Shown: positions 45,153 to 52,746 of the stretch, in pieces
Layout of the letters: every line of letters starts with the position of its first letter
Numbering within the stretch: position 1 is the first letter of the stretch
Sequence record: MT446423.1
DNA: 64,000 nt
Reading direction: 5' to 3' (one strand)
Source of the DNA: Escherichia virus TH58
Position numbers and translations under genes: made by a program
Notes under the pieces: model-generated
The model's database searches: none
Told to the model about the DNA's origin: nothing
The model's input: the letters and a program-made list of their open reading frames with translations, nothing else

Positions 45153-45631
45153 TGATTAACAATAATATAGACGATGGCAATGAAGGTATTTCATACTATT
45201 CAGTAGATTGGACAGGATGTCCATCCTACTTAGTGAAACATATTTGCCAAGAATTTAAAATCGACCAGCCAGCAGGTATTATCGTGAACAGATACATTAA
45301 TGGATATCAACCTATCGATGAAGTAATACGAACAACTCAAGCTGAGCTTGAAAGGTTTTTCAATAAGTGCCAATGGATAACAGGATGGATTATATTTGTA
45401 CCATCTATATGGTTTTTCAGTACTAAGGTGAGTTCTTTCGGTTTTGTTGATATTATTGCTATCTTATTAGCATCTAGTATCATAAGTGTTGTTGGTGGCA
45501 TCATCGGCGGCGGTACCGCCGCCATCATTATTAATCTTATTAAAAGTAGTTTACAAGAACATAAAGACAAGATAAAGGCCAAGAATAATGAAGTTGAACG
45601 TTTTATTACCGAATGCAGGAATTTGAGATGA
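45152..45631 (+). CDS. membrane protein ending in RFITECRNLR
   Basis: 159 aa with glycine-rich TM segment. Confidence 0.45.
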   Translation: MINNNIDDGNEGISYYSVDWTGCPSYLVKHICQEFKIDQPAGIIVNRYINGYQPIDEVIRTTQAELERFFNKCQWITGWIIFVPSIWFFSTKVSSFGFVDIIAILLASSIISVVGGIIGGGTAAIIINLIKSSLQEHKDKIKAKNNEVERFITECRNLR

Positions 45632-45864
45632 GTATAGCAATTTACATTAAATCAGAATCATGTGATTCTTATCTGTATTCCTATGATACCGGAACGTCAG
45701 AAGAGAAAATCAAAGAAGATTTAGAAAGCGACTTGGATATGTTCCGACCTATTTCTGATTATATGGTCCAAATATCTGATAGTGAAAGTCCGTCAACAGA
45801 AACATGTGTTGAAATTATTATACGAGATATCTTTAAACGATCATGGGACCGAGATGATGAGTAA
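45628..45864 (+). CDS. hypothetical acidic protein
   Basis: About 78 aa from ATG 45628 with AGGA RBS. Confidence 0.4.
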   Translation: MSIAIYIKSESCDSYLYSYDTGTSEEKIKEDLESDLDMFRPISDYMVQISDSESPSTETCVEIIIRDIFKRSWDRDDE

Positions 45865-46312
45865 GAAAAATAAAGTGAAAGAACTATCAGCCGGTATTAT
45901 TTTCCTTACCGAAGATAAAGAATTATTCATGGGGCGTGTAACTGGTTCTCGTCCTAAAGGTTCTTTAGCTCATCGGTGGGATATTCCTAAAGGTCATGTC
46001 GAGCCCGGCGAATCTCCTATTGAAGCCGCTATTCGTGAATGCGAAGAAGAAACTGGGTTTACACAATATGACCCTGCCTTCCTGAAAGACCTAGGTGAAC
46101 ATCGTTACTCAGACAATAAGAATATTCATCTGTTCCTATATACCATCCCTGTAGAGCACGAGCAATTCAGAAACAGTGTTTGTAATTCCTATCATACGTT
46201 CCCAGATGGTCGACAGATTCCTGAATTTGATGCATTCGCTTTAATTAAACCTTCTCAATGGGAATATGTAATGGGCAAATCATTATATAAGGTGCTCACT
46301 ACCATCCTATAA
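45854..46312 (+). CDS. nudE: Nudix hydrolase
   Basis: Nudix box GHVEPGESPIEAAIRECEEETGF; directly upstream of lysozyme e as T4 nudE. Confidence 0.8.
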   Translation: MMSKKNKVKELSAGIIFLTEDKELFMGRVTGSRPKGSLAHRWDIPKGHVEPGESPIEAAIRECEEETGFTQYDPAFLKDLGEHRYSDNKNIHLFLYTIPVEHEQFRNSVCNSYHTFPDGRQIPEFDAFALIKPSQWEYVMGKSLYKVLTTIL

Positions 46313-46320
46313 GTAATAAA

Positions 46321-46344
46321 TACCTCCTATAAACGTGGGAGGTA
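46321..46344 (+). promoter_or_regulatory. RBS-sequestering hairpin (TACCTCC / GGAGGTA) upstream of e, with TATAAA in loop
   Basis: 7-bp inverted repeat whose 3' arm contains the GGGAGG Shine-Dalgarno of e. Confidence 0.5.
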
Positions 46345-46346
46345 TT

Positions 46347-46835
46347 ATGAATATATTTGAAATGCTTCGTAATGACGAAGGTCTTAGACTGTCTTTATAC
46401 AAAGACACTGAAGGCTTTTGGACGATTGGCATAGGTCATTTAGTAACAAAGAACCCGTCTTTAGCCGTAGCTAAAGCTGAACTTGACAGAATGATCGGAC
46501 GTAAATGCAATGGTACAATTACCCTTGATGAGGCTGAAAAGCTATTTAATGAAGACGTTGATAAAGCCGTTCGCGGAATCTTGGGTAATGCTAAACTTAA
46601 ACCGGTATATGATTCTTTAGATGCAGTTCGTCGATGTGCATTGGTCAATATGGTCTTCCAAATGGGTGTAGCAGGCGTCGCTGGTTTTACTAATTCTCTT
46701 CGTATGCTTCAACAGAAACGTTGGGACGAAGCGGCAGTAAATCTAGCCCAATCTAAATGGTATCGTCAGACACCTAATCGCGCGAAACGCGTAATCTCAA
46801 CATTTAAAACAGGAACTTGGAAAGCGTATATATGA
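46347..46835 (+). CDS. e: endolysin (T4 lysozyme)
   Basis: N-terminus [32 protein letters not shown] matches T4 lysozyme; 162 aa. Confidence 0.9.
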   Translation: MNIFEMLRNDEGLRLSLYKDTEGFWTIGIGHLVTKNPSLAVAKAELDRMIGRKCNGTITLDEAEKLFNEDVDKAVRGILGNAKLKPVYDSLDAVRRCALVNMVFQMGVAGVAGFTNSLRMLQQKRWDEAAVNLAQSKWYRQTPNRAKRVISTFKTGTWKAYI

Positions 46836-47113
46836 AAACATATAGTGAATTTTTATCAGAATCTATTCTTAACGAAGCTACTGACACATTTGCAACTAAG
46901 CTAGGTGCAGCTTTGGTTGAAGCTGAAAGTCTATTAGCACGTATTTCTGAACTTGCTAGTAAGATAGATACTCGCAAATTTGAGCGCACCAGTGATATCG
47001 TTAAGCTTGAAGCCTTGTTGCGTATGTGCGATAAACCGGAAGAAATCGCTAAGAACGGCTCGCTGATGAAACAACGTCTTGAAAAATATATTTCAGGCGC
47101 TTCAGAAAAATAG
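46832..47113 (+). CDS. internal protein with capsid-targeting sequence
   Basis: N-terminus [10 protein letters not shown]; ATG overlaps e stop (ATGA). Confidence 0.55.
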   Translation: MKTYSEFLSESILNEATDTFATKLGAALVEAESLLARISELASKIDTRKFERTSDIVKLEALLRMCDKPEEIAKNGSLMKQRLEKYISGASEK

Positions 47114-47114
47114 T

Positions 47115-47145
47115 GTTTACTTCCTCCAAGGACTTTGATACTATA
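47115..47145 (+). promoter_or_regulatory. early promoter cassette with inverted repeat masking the denV RBS
   Basis: GTTTAC 47115-47120, TGATACTATA 47136-47145; TCCTCCAAG (47122-47130) pairs with CTTGGAGGA (47159-47167). Confidence 0.5.
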
Positions 47146-47171
47146 CATTCATCAACTACTTGGAGGAAATT

Positions 47172-47585
47172 ATGACTCGTATCAATTTAACACTTGTTTC
47201 TGAACTGTCCGACCAACATCTTATGGCTGAGTATCGTGAATTACCACGCGTATTTGGTGCAGTCCGTAAACATGTTCAAAACGGTAAATGTGTAAAGGAT
47301 TTTAAAATCTCCCCGACATTTATCTTAGGCACAGGTCATGTAACATTCTTTTACGACAAACTCGAATTTTTACGTTTACGTCAAATCGAGCTAATCGCTG
47401 AATGCTTGAAACGTGGTTTCAAAATCAAGGACACGACTGTCCAAGATATTTCCGACATCCCTGCCGAATTTCGTAATAATTATGTCCCGACCGAAGCGTC
47501 CATTGCGATAAGTCAAGCTCGTTTAGATGAAAAAATTGCTCAACGTCCTACTTGGTACAAATACTATGGTAAATCAATTTACTAA
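47172..47585 (+). CDS. denV: endonuclease V (pyrimidine-dimer DNA glycosylase)
   Basis: N-terminus [31 protein letters not shown] and C-terminus [14 protein letters not shown] as T4 DenV. Confidence 0.9.
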   Translation: MTRINLTLVSELSDQHLMAEYRELPRVFGAVRKHVQNGKCVKDFKISPTFILGTGHVTFFYDKLEFLRLRQIELIAECLKRGFKIKDTTVQDISDIPAEFRNNYVPTEASIAISQARLDEKIAQRPTWYKYYGKSIY

Positions 47586-47616
47586 GGAAAAAGGTTGCGA
47601 TGGTAAAGCTTAAACA

Positions 47617-47646
47617 GTTTACGCTTAAGTATTAATATGGTATAAT
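47617..47646 (+). promoter_or_regulatory. early promoter (GTTTAC-N18-TATAAT)
   Basis: Upstream of internal-protein gene 47677. Confidence 0.5.
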
Positions 47647-47676
47647 TACTCTATCAAAACAAACAAGGAAACAAAA

Positions 47677-47979
47677 ATGAAAACATATCAAGAATTTATT
47701 ACTGAAGCGCGAGTGAGTGCAGGTAAATTAGAAGCCGCTATAAATAAAAAGGCCTATTCATTTCACGATTTGTCCGATAAAGACCGTAAGAAACTTGTAA
47801 GCCTTTATATTGACAAAGAGCGTATTCTCGCTCTTCCTGGCGCTAATGAAGGTAAACAGGCCAAGCCTTTGAATGCTGTCGAAAAGAAAATTGATAACTT
47901 TGCTTCTAAATTCGGTATGTCTATGGATGACCTTCAGCAAGCGGCTATCGAAGCAGCTAAAGTAATTAAAGGTAAATAA
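47677..47979 (+). CDS. internal protein with capsid-targeting sequence
   Basis: N-terminus MKTYQEFITEARV; 100 aa. Confidence 0.55.
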   Translation: MKTYQEFITEARVSAGKLEAAINKKAYSFHDLSDKDRKKLVSLYIDKERILALPGANEGKQAKPLNAVEKKIDNFASKFGMSMDDLQQAAIEAAKVIKGK

Positions 47980-47981
47980 CA

Positions 47982-48010
47982 GTTTACTTTCTCCTAGAAT
48001 TGTGATAGTA
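47982..48010 (+). promoter_or_regulatory. early promoter cassette (GTTTAC ... TGTGATAGTA)
   Basis: Family member upstream of the denV-remnant ORF. Confidence 0.45.
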
Positions 48011-48058
48011 TATTCATAATTACTTGGATGGGTAAAATGACTCAATGAAAAAATTTTA

Positions 48059-48241
48059 ATGAAGCCACACTGGTATAAGTATTACGGCAAAAATATTTAC
48101 ATTCAAATAACATGGGAACAACCTGGACCTCATGATTCTATGAGGGATTCCCGCCAACCTGTAATAAGGTCGAGCCCAAGTGCGGTAATGGGTAAATACA
48201 GAAATGGACAATTCATGTGCCATGGAATGGCCCAAACCTAG
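48059..48241 (+). pseudogene. ghost of a denV 3' end (PHWYKYYGKNIY) fused to a short ORF
   Basis: Codons 3-14 (48065-48100) duplicate the denV C-terminus with many synonymous changes. Confidence 0.4.
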
Positions 48242-48245
48242 AGAG
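48154..48245 (+). repeat. direct repeat copy A (about 92 bp) upstream of the internal-protein gene
   Basis: CCAACCTGTAATAAGGTCGAGC...GCGGTAATGGG...ATGTGCCATGGAATGGCCCAAACCT repeated at 48651-48745. Confidence 0.6.
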
Positions 48246-48251
48246 AACAAA

Positions 48252-48581
48252 ATGAAAACATATCAAGAGTTTATCACTGAAGTTACATTATCTGCGGAAC
48301 AGAAAGCTGCTATCGAAGAAGCTAAAAATCCCAAAGTAACATATAAAGTAAATAGTAAAGGCGTTTTTGATGACTTGGTTCAAGACCCTGAATTGAAAAA
48401 AGCTCTTTCTAAAACTAATGCGTACTTTGCTCCTAAATTTAACACAGCCGGCGTACTTATTGGATTGGATGTATTCAACTCTAAAGGTGTTCTATCTAGT
48501 GCCTTTGGTTATGCCGCTAACAAAATTACCAAAGCCGCATGGGAATCCAATACCAAACAAGCTCAAAAGCCTAGAGTATAA
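48252..48581 (+). CDS. internal protein with capsid-targeting sequence
   Basis: N-terminus MKTYQEFITEVTL; 109 aa; flanked by direct repeats. Confidence 0.55.
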   Translation: MKTYQEFITEVTLSAEQKAAIEEAKNPKVTYKVNSKGVFDDLVQDPELKKALSKTNAYFAPKFNTAGVLIGLDVFNSKGVLSSAFGYAANKITKAAWESNTKQAQKPRV

Positions 48582-48650
48582 TTCTTGCCTAATAAAGGGA
48601 AACGCAACCTCTCCTTATGAACGTCGAGTCCTCTAAGTGATGTACCTTTT

Positions 48651-48745
48651 CCAACCTGTAATAAGGTCGAGCGCAATGCGGTAATGGGTTTACATAGCGA
48701 GTCGAAGGACCTAACATGTGCCACGGAATGGCCCAAACCTTAAGA
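48651..48745 (+). repeat. direct repeat copy B (decayed, 1-nt indel versus A)
   Basis: See copy A. Confidence 0.6.
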
Positions 48746-48753
48746 GAAATAAT

Positions 48754-49293
48754 ATGAGAACATTTTTAACTGGACCTTATCTATCCCTGATGAATGCTTT
48801 TACACACCATTCTGATGCTAGAGTAGAAGAAATTTGTAAGAACGGTTATGTCCCGCCGTTTGAAGACGTACTCAAGCAGTACTGTACACTTCGTTTAGAC
48901 GGCGGCCGACAATCAGGTAAATCAATTGCTGTGACTAACTTTGCTGCTAATTGGCTGTATGACGGTGGAACAGTTATTGTTCTTTCTAATACTTCAGCTT
49001 ATTCTAAAATTTCTGCCTGCAACATTAAAAAAGAATTTTCTCGTTATTCTAGCGATGATATTCGATTCCGTTTATTTACTGATTCTGTCCGTAGTTTTAT
49101 TGGCAATGAAGGTTCTAAATTCCGTGGATTAACGCTTTCTCGTATTCTGTATATAATTGACGAGCCTATTAAAGCTCCTGATATGGATAAGATTTACAAT
49201 GTCCATATTAAATCAGTACAGCACTGCTGCAAAAGCAAATATTGCATCGGCGGTAATGCTCGTCCTCAATTTTTTGTGATTGGAATGCAATGA
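48754..49293 (+). CDS. small P-loop NTPase (T4 vs.8 position)
   Basis: Walker A GGRQSGKS and Walker B LYIIDE; about 179 aa. Confidence 0.5.
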   Translation: MRTFLTGPYLSLMNAFTHHSDARVEEICKNGYVPPFEDVLKQYCTLRLDGGRQSGKSIAVTNFAANWLYDGGTVIVLSNTSAYSKISACNIKKEFSRYSSDDIRFRLFTDSVRSFIGNEGSKFRGLTLSRILYIIDEPIKAPDMDKIYNVHIKSVQHCCKSKYCIGGNARPQFFVIGMQ

Positions 49294-49598
49294 TGACAAC
49301 TATTGAAGTTTTTGAATATTGTTATAATAGCCCAGTATGCAATAAAAGGGCCCTTGTAGAAAATTACGAGATTTACCATTTTAAACCTAAACGATATCGT
49401 TTGACTAAAGGCCCGTTCGCAGGGCAGCAGGTTCTTTGTACTGCTCCTAATGAGCGGTTGATGACTAGTATTCCGCATTTCAAAATGGAATTTATTGATG
49501 GGCCATTTAAGGGATTAATCACTCAAAGTTTAATGGCGTTTAATTCCGACCCATTTTTGATTAAAGAAAAAACTTGGATAAATTTATTTTCTAATTGA
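49290..49598 (+). CDS. hypothetical protein (vs.7 position)
   Basis: 102 aa, overlaps upstream stop. Confidence 0.4.
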   Translation: MMTTIEVFEYCYNSPVCNKRALVENYEIYHFKPKRYRLTKGPFAGQQVLCTAPNERLMTSIPHFKMEFIDGPFKGLITQSLMAFNSDPFLIKEKTWINLFSN

Positions 49599-49604
49599 GG
49601 TTAT

Positions 49605-49967
49605 ATGAAAGCATATCAAATTCTTGAAGGTGCACATAAAGGCACTATTTATTTTGAAGACGGTACTCAAGCCCGGATTATCGTCTCTAAGACTTTTAAA
49701 GAAGACGCTATTGTAGACCCGGAAATTTTCTACGGTTTGAATGCCCGTGAAATTGAAATTGAACATCAACCTAAAGTTAAAATTGAAGGTGGTCAACACC
49801 TGAACGTTAACGTTCTGCGTCGTGAAACTCTGGAAGATGCAGTTAAGCATCCAGAAAAATATCCGCAGCTGACCATCCGTGTATCCGGTTATGCGGTTCG
49901 CTTTAACTCTCTGACTCCAGAACAGCAGCGCGACGTTATCGCTCGTACCTTTACTGAGAGTCTATAG
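49605..49967 (+). CDS. autonomous glycyl radical cofactor (GrcA/YfiD-like)
   Basis: C-terminal half [61 protein letters not shown] matches the E. coli GrcA glycyl-radical motif (RVSGYAV). Confidence 0.85.
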   Translation: MKAYQILEGAHKGTIYFEDGTQARIIVSKTFKEDAIVDPEIFYGLNAREIEIEHQPKVKIEGGQHLNVNVLRRETLEDAVKHPEKYPQLTIRVSGYAVRFNSLTPEQQRDVIARTFTESL

Positions 49968-50191
49968 TGGCTAAATTGATTATAGAAGGGTCTGAAGATG
50001 TTTTAAAATGTTTTGCCGCCTGGTTTAGTTGCTCAGGCGAGCAATCATTCACTGAAGCATTTAGAATGGGTGATATTACTGGAAACTATCCGACAACTGA
50101 TATCACTGTACGTGGATATGGTATTAATGAGCCTATCCAATTGGTCGAATATGACCTTGCCACCGATGAGGAAATTCCTTATGTCGATTGA
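49967..50191 (+). CDS. hypothetical protein (vs.5 position)
   Basis: 74-aa ORF. Confidence 0.4.
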   Translation: MAKLIIEGSEDVLKCFAAWFSCSGEQSFTEAFRMGDITGNYPTTDITVRGYGINEPIQLVEYDLATDEEIPYVD

Positions 50192-50447
50192 AGATATTAA
50201 AGGTTACAAACCGCTCACCGATGACAAAATCGGCAAAGTGAACGCTATTAAAGATGCAGAAGTCCGTCTTGGATTGATGTTTGATGCTCTGATTGAAGAA
50301 GCATATATCTTGAAAGAAAATGAATCAGAGCAACAAACCAAAGAAGATATGGATGCAGTGCAGGCTCTTAAGTATGCTAAGCAACATCTAAAAGAAGCCA
50401 GTATGTGGGCATGTCGTGCAGTATTTCGACCTGAGGAAAAATACTAA
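50184..50447 (+). CDS. small helical protein at T4 vs.4 position (candidate Acb2-type cyclic-nucleotide sponge)
   Basis: 87 aa from ATG 50184 with GAGGAA RBS; assignment by synteny only. Confidence 0.4.
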   Translation, partial: SIEDIKGYKPLTDDKIGKVNAIKDAEVRLGLMFDALIEEAYILKENESEQQTKEDMDAVQALKYAKQHLKEASMWACRAVFRPEEKY

Positions 50448-50662
50448 TGGCTTCTACTATTACTGGGTTATTGGACTTTCAAGAAAAGGTCAACAAAATT
50501 TGTAGTGAATACTTAAAGTATCTTGAAGAAGACCTTGAAGATTGTAAGGAAGAAGGCGAAGAAGACTATGCTGACCAGCGTCGTCGCCAAATCGAAGAGA
50601 TGAGGCATTTCACCGATATAGTATCTAAAGAATCTTGGGCTTTAACTCCATTTTATCAATAA
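50447..50662 (+). CDS. hypothetical acidic protein (vs.3 position)
   Basis: 71-aa ORF. Confidence 0.4.
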   Translation: MASTITGLLDFQEKVNKICSEYLKYLEEDLEDCKEEGEEDYADQRRRQIEEMRHFTDIVSKESWALTPFYQ

Positions 50663-50666
50663 AGTA

Positions 50667-50696
50667 GTTTACTTCTCCTCTAGTTGTGTTACTATA
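50667..50696 (+). promoter_or_regulatory. early promoter cassette inside a 12-bp perfect inverted repeat that sequesters the regB RBS
   Basis: GTTTAC 50667-50672, TGTTACTATA 50687-50696; CTCCTCTAGTTG (50675-50686) pairs with CAACTAGAGGAG (50704-50715). Confidence 0.55.
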
Positions 50697-50723
50697 GAAC
50701 TGTCAACTAGAGGAGAAATCAAA

Positions 50724-51182
50724 ATGACTATCAATTCAGACGTTTTTATCCGCCGTAATAAACTCCGTCGAATCTTTGAAACGGAGTTCCGCAAAATAAA
50801 TGCCGGTATAAAAGATGCTGCAAAGTCTCTTGGACTACCAGGCTTTCATATCAAGTATTCTCAACATCTCTTAGATCGTGCCATCCAGAGAGAAATAGAT
50901 GAGAACTACGTTTTTGAATTATTTCATAAAGTAAAAAATCATGTTAAAGAAGTTGCAGAATTTTTATCAATGCCGGCACGTCCGGATGTTGATGAAGATT
51001 TTGACGAAGGTGTCGAATATCGCCCAGGCCGTTTAGAAATAACTGATGGAAATCTTTGGTTAGGACTTACAGTTTGTCGCGAAAATCCGGCATTCAAAAT
51101 GAAGACTCTTCAATGCAGAATGGCTATTATTAACAGTAAACGATTACCAGGAAAAGCTTCTAAAGCAGTGATTAAAATCTAG
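50724..51182 (+). CDS. regB: RegB endoribonuclease
   Basis: 152 aa; N-terminus MTINSDVFIRRNKLRR; size and position between vs genes as T4 RegB. Confidence 0.7.
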   Translation: MTINSDVFIRRNKLRRIFETEFRKINAGIKDAAKSLGLPGFHIKYSQHLLDRAIQREIDENYVFELFHKVKNHVKEVAEFLSMPARPDVDEDFDEGVEYRPGRLEITDGNLWLGLTVCRENPAFKMKTLQCRMAIINSKRLPGKASKAVIKI

Positions 51183-51190
51183 AGGTAAAC

Positions 51191-51733
51191 ATGAGAAAAG
51201 CACTACTCGCTGGTCTATTTGCTCTTTCATTATCAGCACATAGCTCCGAGCATACTTTTAGTAATGTCCAACTCGATAACTTGAATTATGCTTATCAGTT
51301 TGGGGAACAGTTTTCTAAGGACGGAAAATTTAAAACGCATGAAAATATGCATAAGAAAGGACTTGGATACATAATGGCCGCAATACTATGGCAGGAATCA
51401 TCTGCCGGTATTAATCTTAAAGATAAGAAAGGTCACCATGCGTATGGAATGTTCCAAAATTATCTACCAACAATGAGGGCAAGAATTAACCAGCTTGGTT
51501 ATAATATGTCTGATGCCCAAATTAAGAAAATGCTATCTAAGCGGTCTAATTCAGCCAGATGGGCTTATATCGAATTTTCTTATTGGTTAAATATACATAA
51601 CGGGGATATAAGAAAAGCTATATCCTCATATAATGCGGGATGGAAGACAAGTGCTGGAAGTAAATATGCTTCTGAAGTCCTAGAAAAGGCTAATTACCTT
51701 AAATCAAATAAACTACTGGAAATAAAAGAATGA
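51191..51733 (+). CDS. secreted lytic-transglycosylase-like protein (T4 vs.1 position)
   Basis: Signal peptide MRKALLAGLFALSLSAHS; SLT motifs QESS, AYGMFQ, SSYNAGW. Confidence 0.6.
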   Translation: MRKALLAGLFALSLSAHSSEHTFSNVQLDNLNYAYQFGEQFSKDGKFKTHENMHKKGLGYIMAAILWQESSAGINLKDKKGHHAYGMFQNYLPTMRARINQLGYNMSDAQIKKMLSKRSNSARWAYIEFSYWLNIHNGDIRKAISSYNAGWKTSAGSKYASEVLEKANYLKSNKLLEIKE

Positions 51734-52077
51734 CCAAAATGTTGGCTTTAATAGTTGGCTTGGTTTCATTTAACGCTCTTGCTAATACTACATATACTGA
51801 TGTAACGGAGTATACAAACAGAACGGCGTCTGATTATTGTGGTCAAAGTCAAGAGTGTAAAGTAGATTTTTCACAAAAATTGTTATATGCGTATAAAGAC
51901 GGAGAAAAAGATGGGGCGTCTAGTAGGTTCAAGGCGTCTACCTTAATTAAAAGATACTATAAAAAATGGCAAATATTAGAATGCTCGGTGGCGGAACCTA
52001 AAGATAAGGCAGCATGCAATTCTATGGTGGACCGTCTAGTTGACTCTTATACTAGAGGACTTGCAGCAAGTGATTAA
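51730..52077 (+). CDS. small secreted cysteine-containing protein (T4 vs position)
   Basis: Signal peptide MTKMLALIVGLVSFNALA; four Cys; ATGA overlap with the SLT gene. Confidence 0.5.
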   Translation: MTKMLALIVGLVSFNALANTTYTDVTEYTNRTASDYCGQSQECKVDFSQKLLYAYKDGEKDGASSRFKASTLIKRYYKKWQILECSVAEPKDKAACNSMVDRLVDSYTRGLAASD

Positions 52078-52537
52078 AAACTATATCAAGGGCGATATTG
52101 TCGCCCTGTTTTCTAAAGGTAATAATATTGCTCATGGGTGTAATTGTTTTCATACAATGGGCGCCGGCGTGGCAGGACAATTAGCAAAGGCTTATCCAAA
52201 AATTTTAGAAGCCGATAAACTTCAAACCGAATTCGGAGACGAGTCTAAACTCGGGACTTATTCGGTTTATGAAAAATATTTTAAGACACATAAAGCTTAT
52301 TGCTTTAATCTTTATACACAGTTTGAGCCGGGACCTAATTTTGAGTACTCTGCTTTAATGAATTGTATAATAGAATTAAATGAATTCGGAAAGAATAAGA
52401 TAACAAAGCCTGTAATTTATATGCCAAGAATTGGTGCAGGTATCGGTGGTGGAAACTGGGATGTCATCGAAGAGATTTTAGATACGTATTCCACTAAACT
52501 AGAAATTGTGATTGTTGATTGGGAACCATTATTATGA
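52070..52537 (+). CDS. TARG1/OARD1-like macrodomain protein (T4 tk.4 position)
   Basis: KGDIVA...IAHGCNCFHTMGAGVAG and YMPRIGAGIGGGNWDVIEEIL align with TARG1 motifs; start uncertain (GTG 52070 with GAGGA RBS, or TTG 52040). Confidence 0.6.
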   Translation: MIKNYIKGDIVALFSKGNNIAHGCNCFHTMGAGVAGQLAKAYPKILEADKLQTEFGDESKLGTYSVYEKYFKTHKAYCFNLYTQFEPGPNFEYSALMNCIIELNEFGKNKITKPVIYMPRIGAGIGGGNWDVIEEILDTYSTKLEIVIVDWEPLL

Positions 52538-52746
52538 ATATACATTATCCGCATCCATATGACCCAAAGAATAAGGCAGTAATTATTCGACAATGGGAAC
52601 GCATTTGTCGTACCAAATGTCCAATTAATAGTCCACATGATGTAGATAAAGACTACATCGGAACATTCGTTGAATATACCTTTATTGATAAGAAAGGTCG
52701 TAAACAGCATGTAGAAGAATACTGCTTAAAGGTGACATGGTTATGA
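52534..52746 (+). CDS. hypothetical small protein (tk.3 position)
   Basis: About 70 aa from MNIHYPHPYD. Confidence 0.35.
   Translation: MNIHYPHPYDPKNKAVIIRQWERICRTKCPINSPHDVDKDYIGTFVEYTFIDKKGRKQHVEEYCLKVTWL

Noticed and set aside
48418-48636. 72-aa ORF overlapping the internal-protein gene 48252-48581
   Set aside because: Alternative frame of a gene with strong start context; no RBS.
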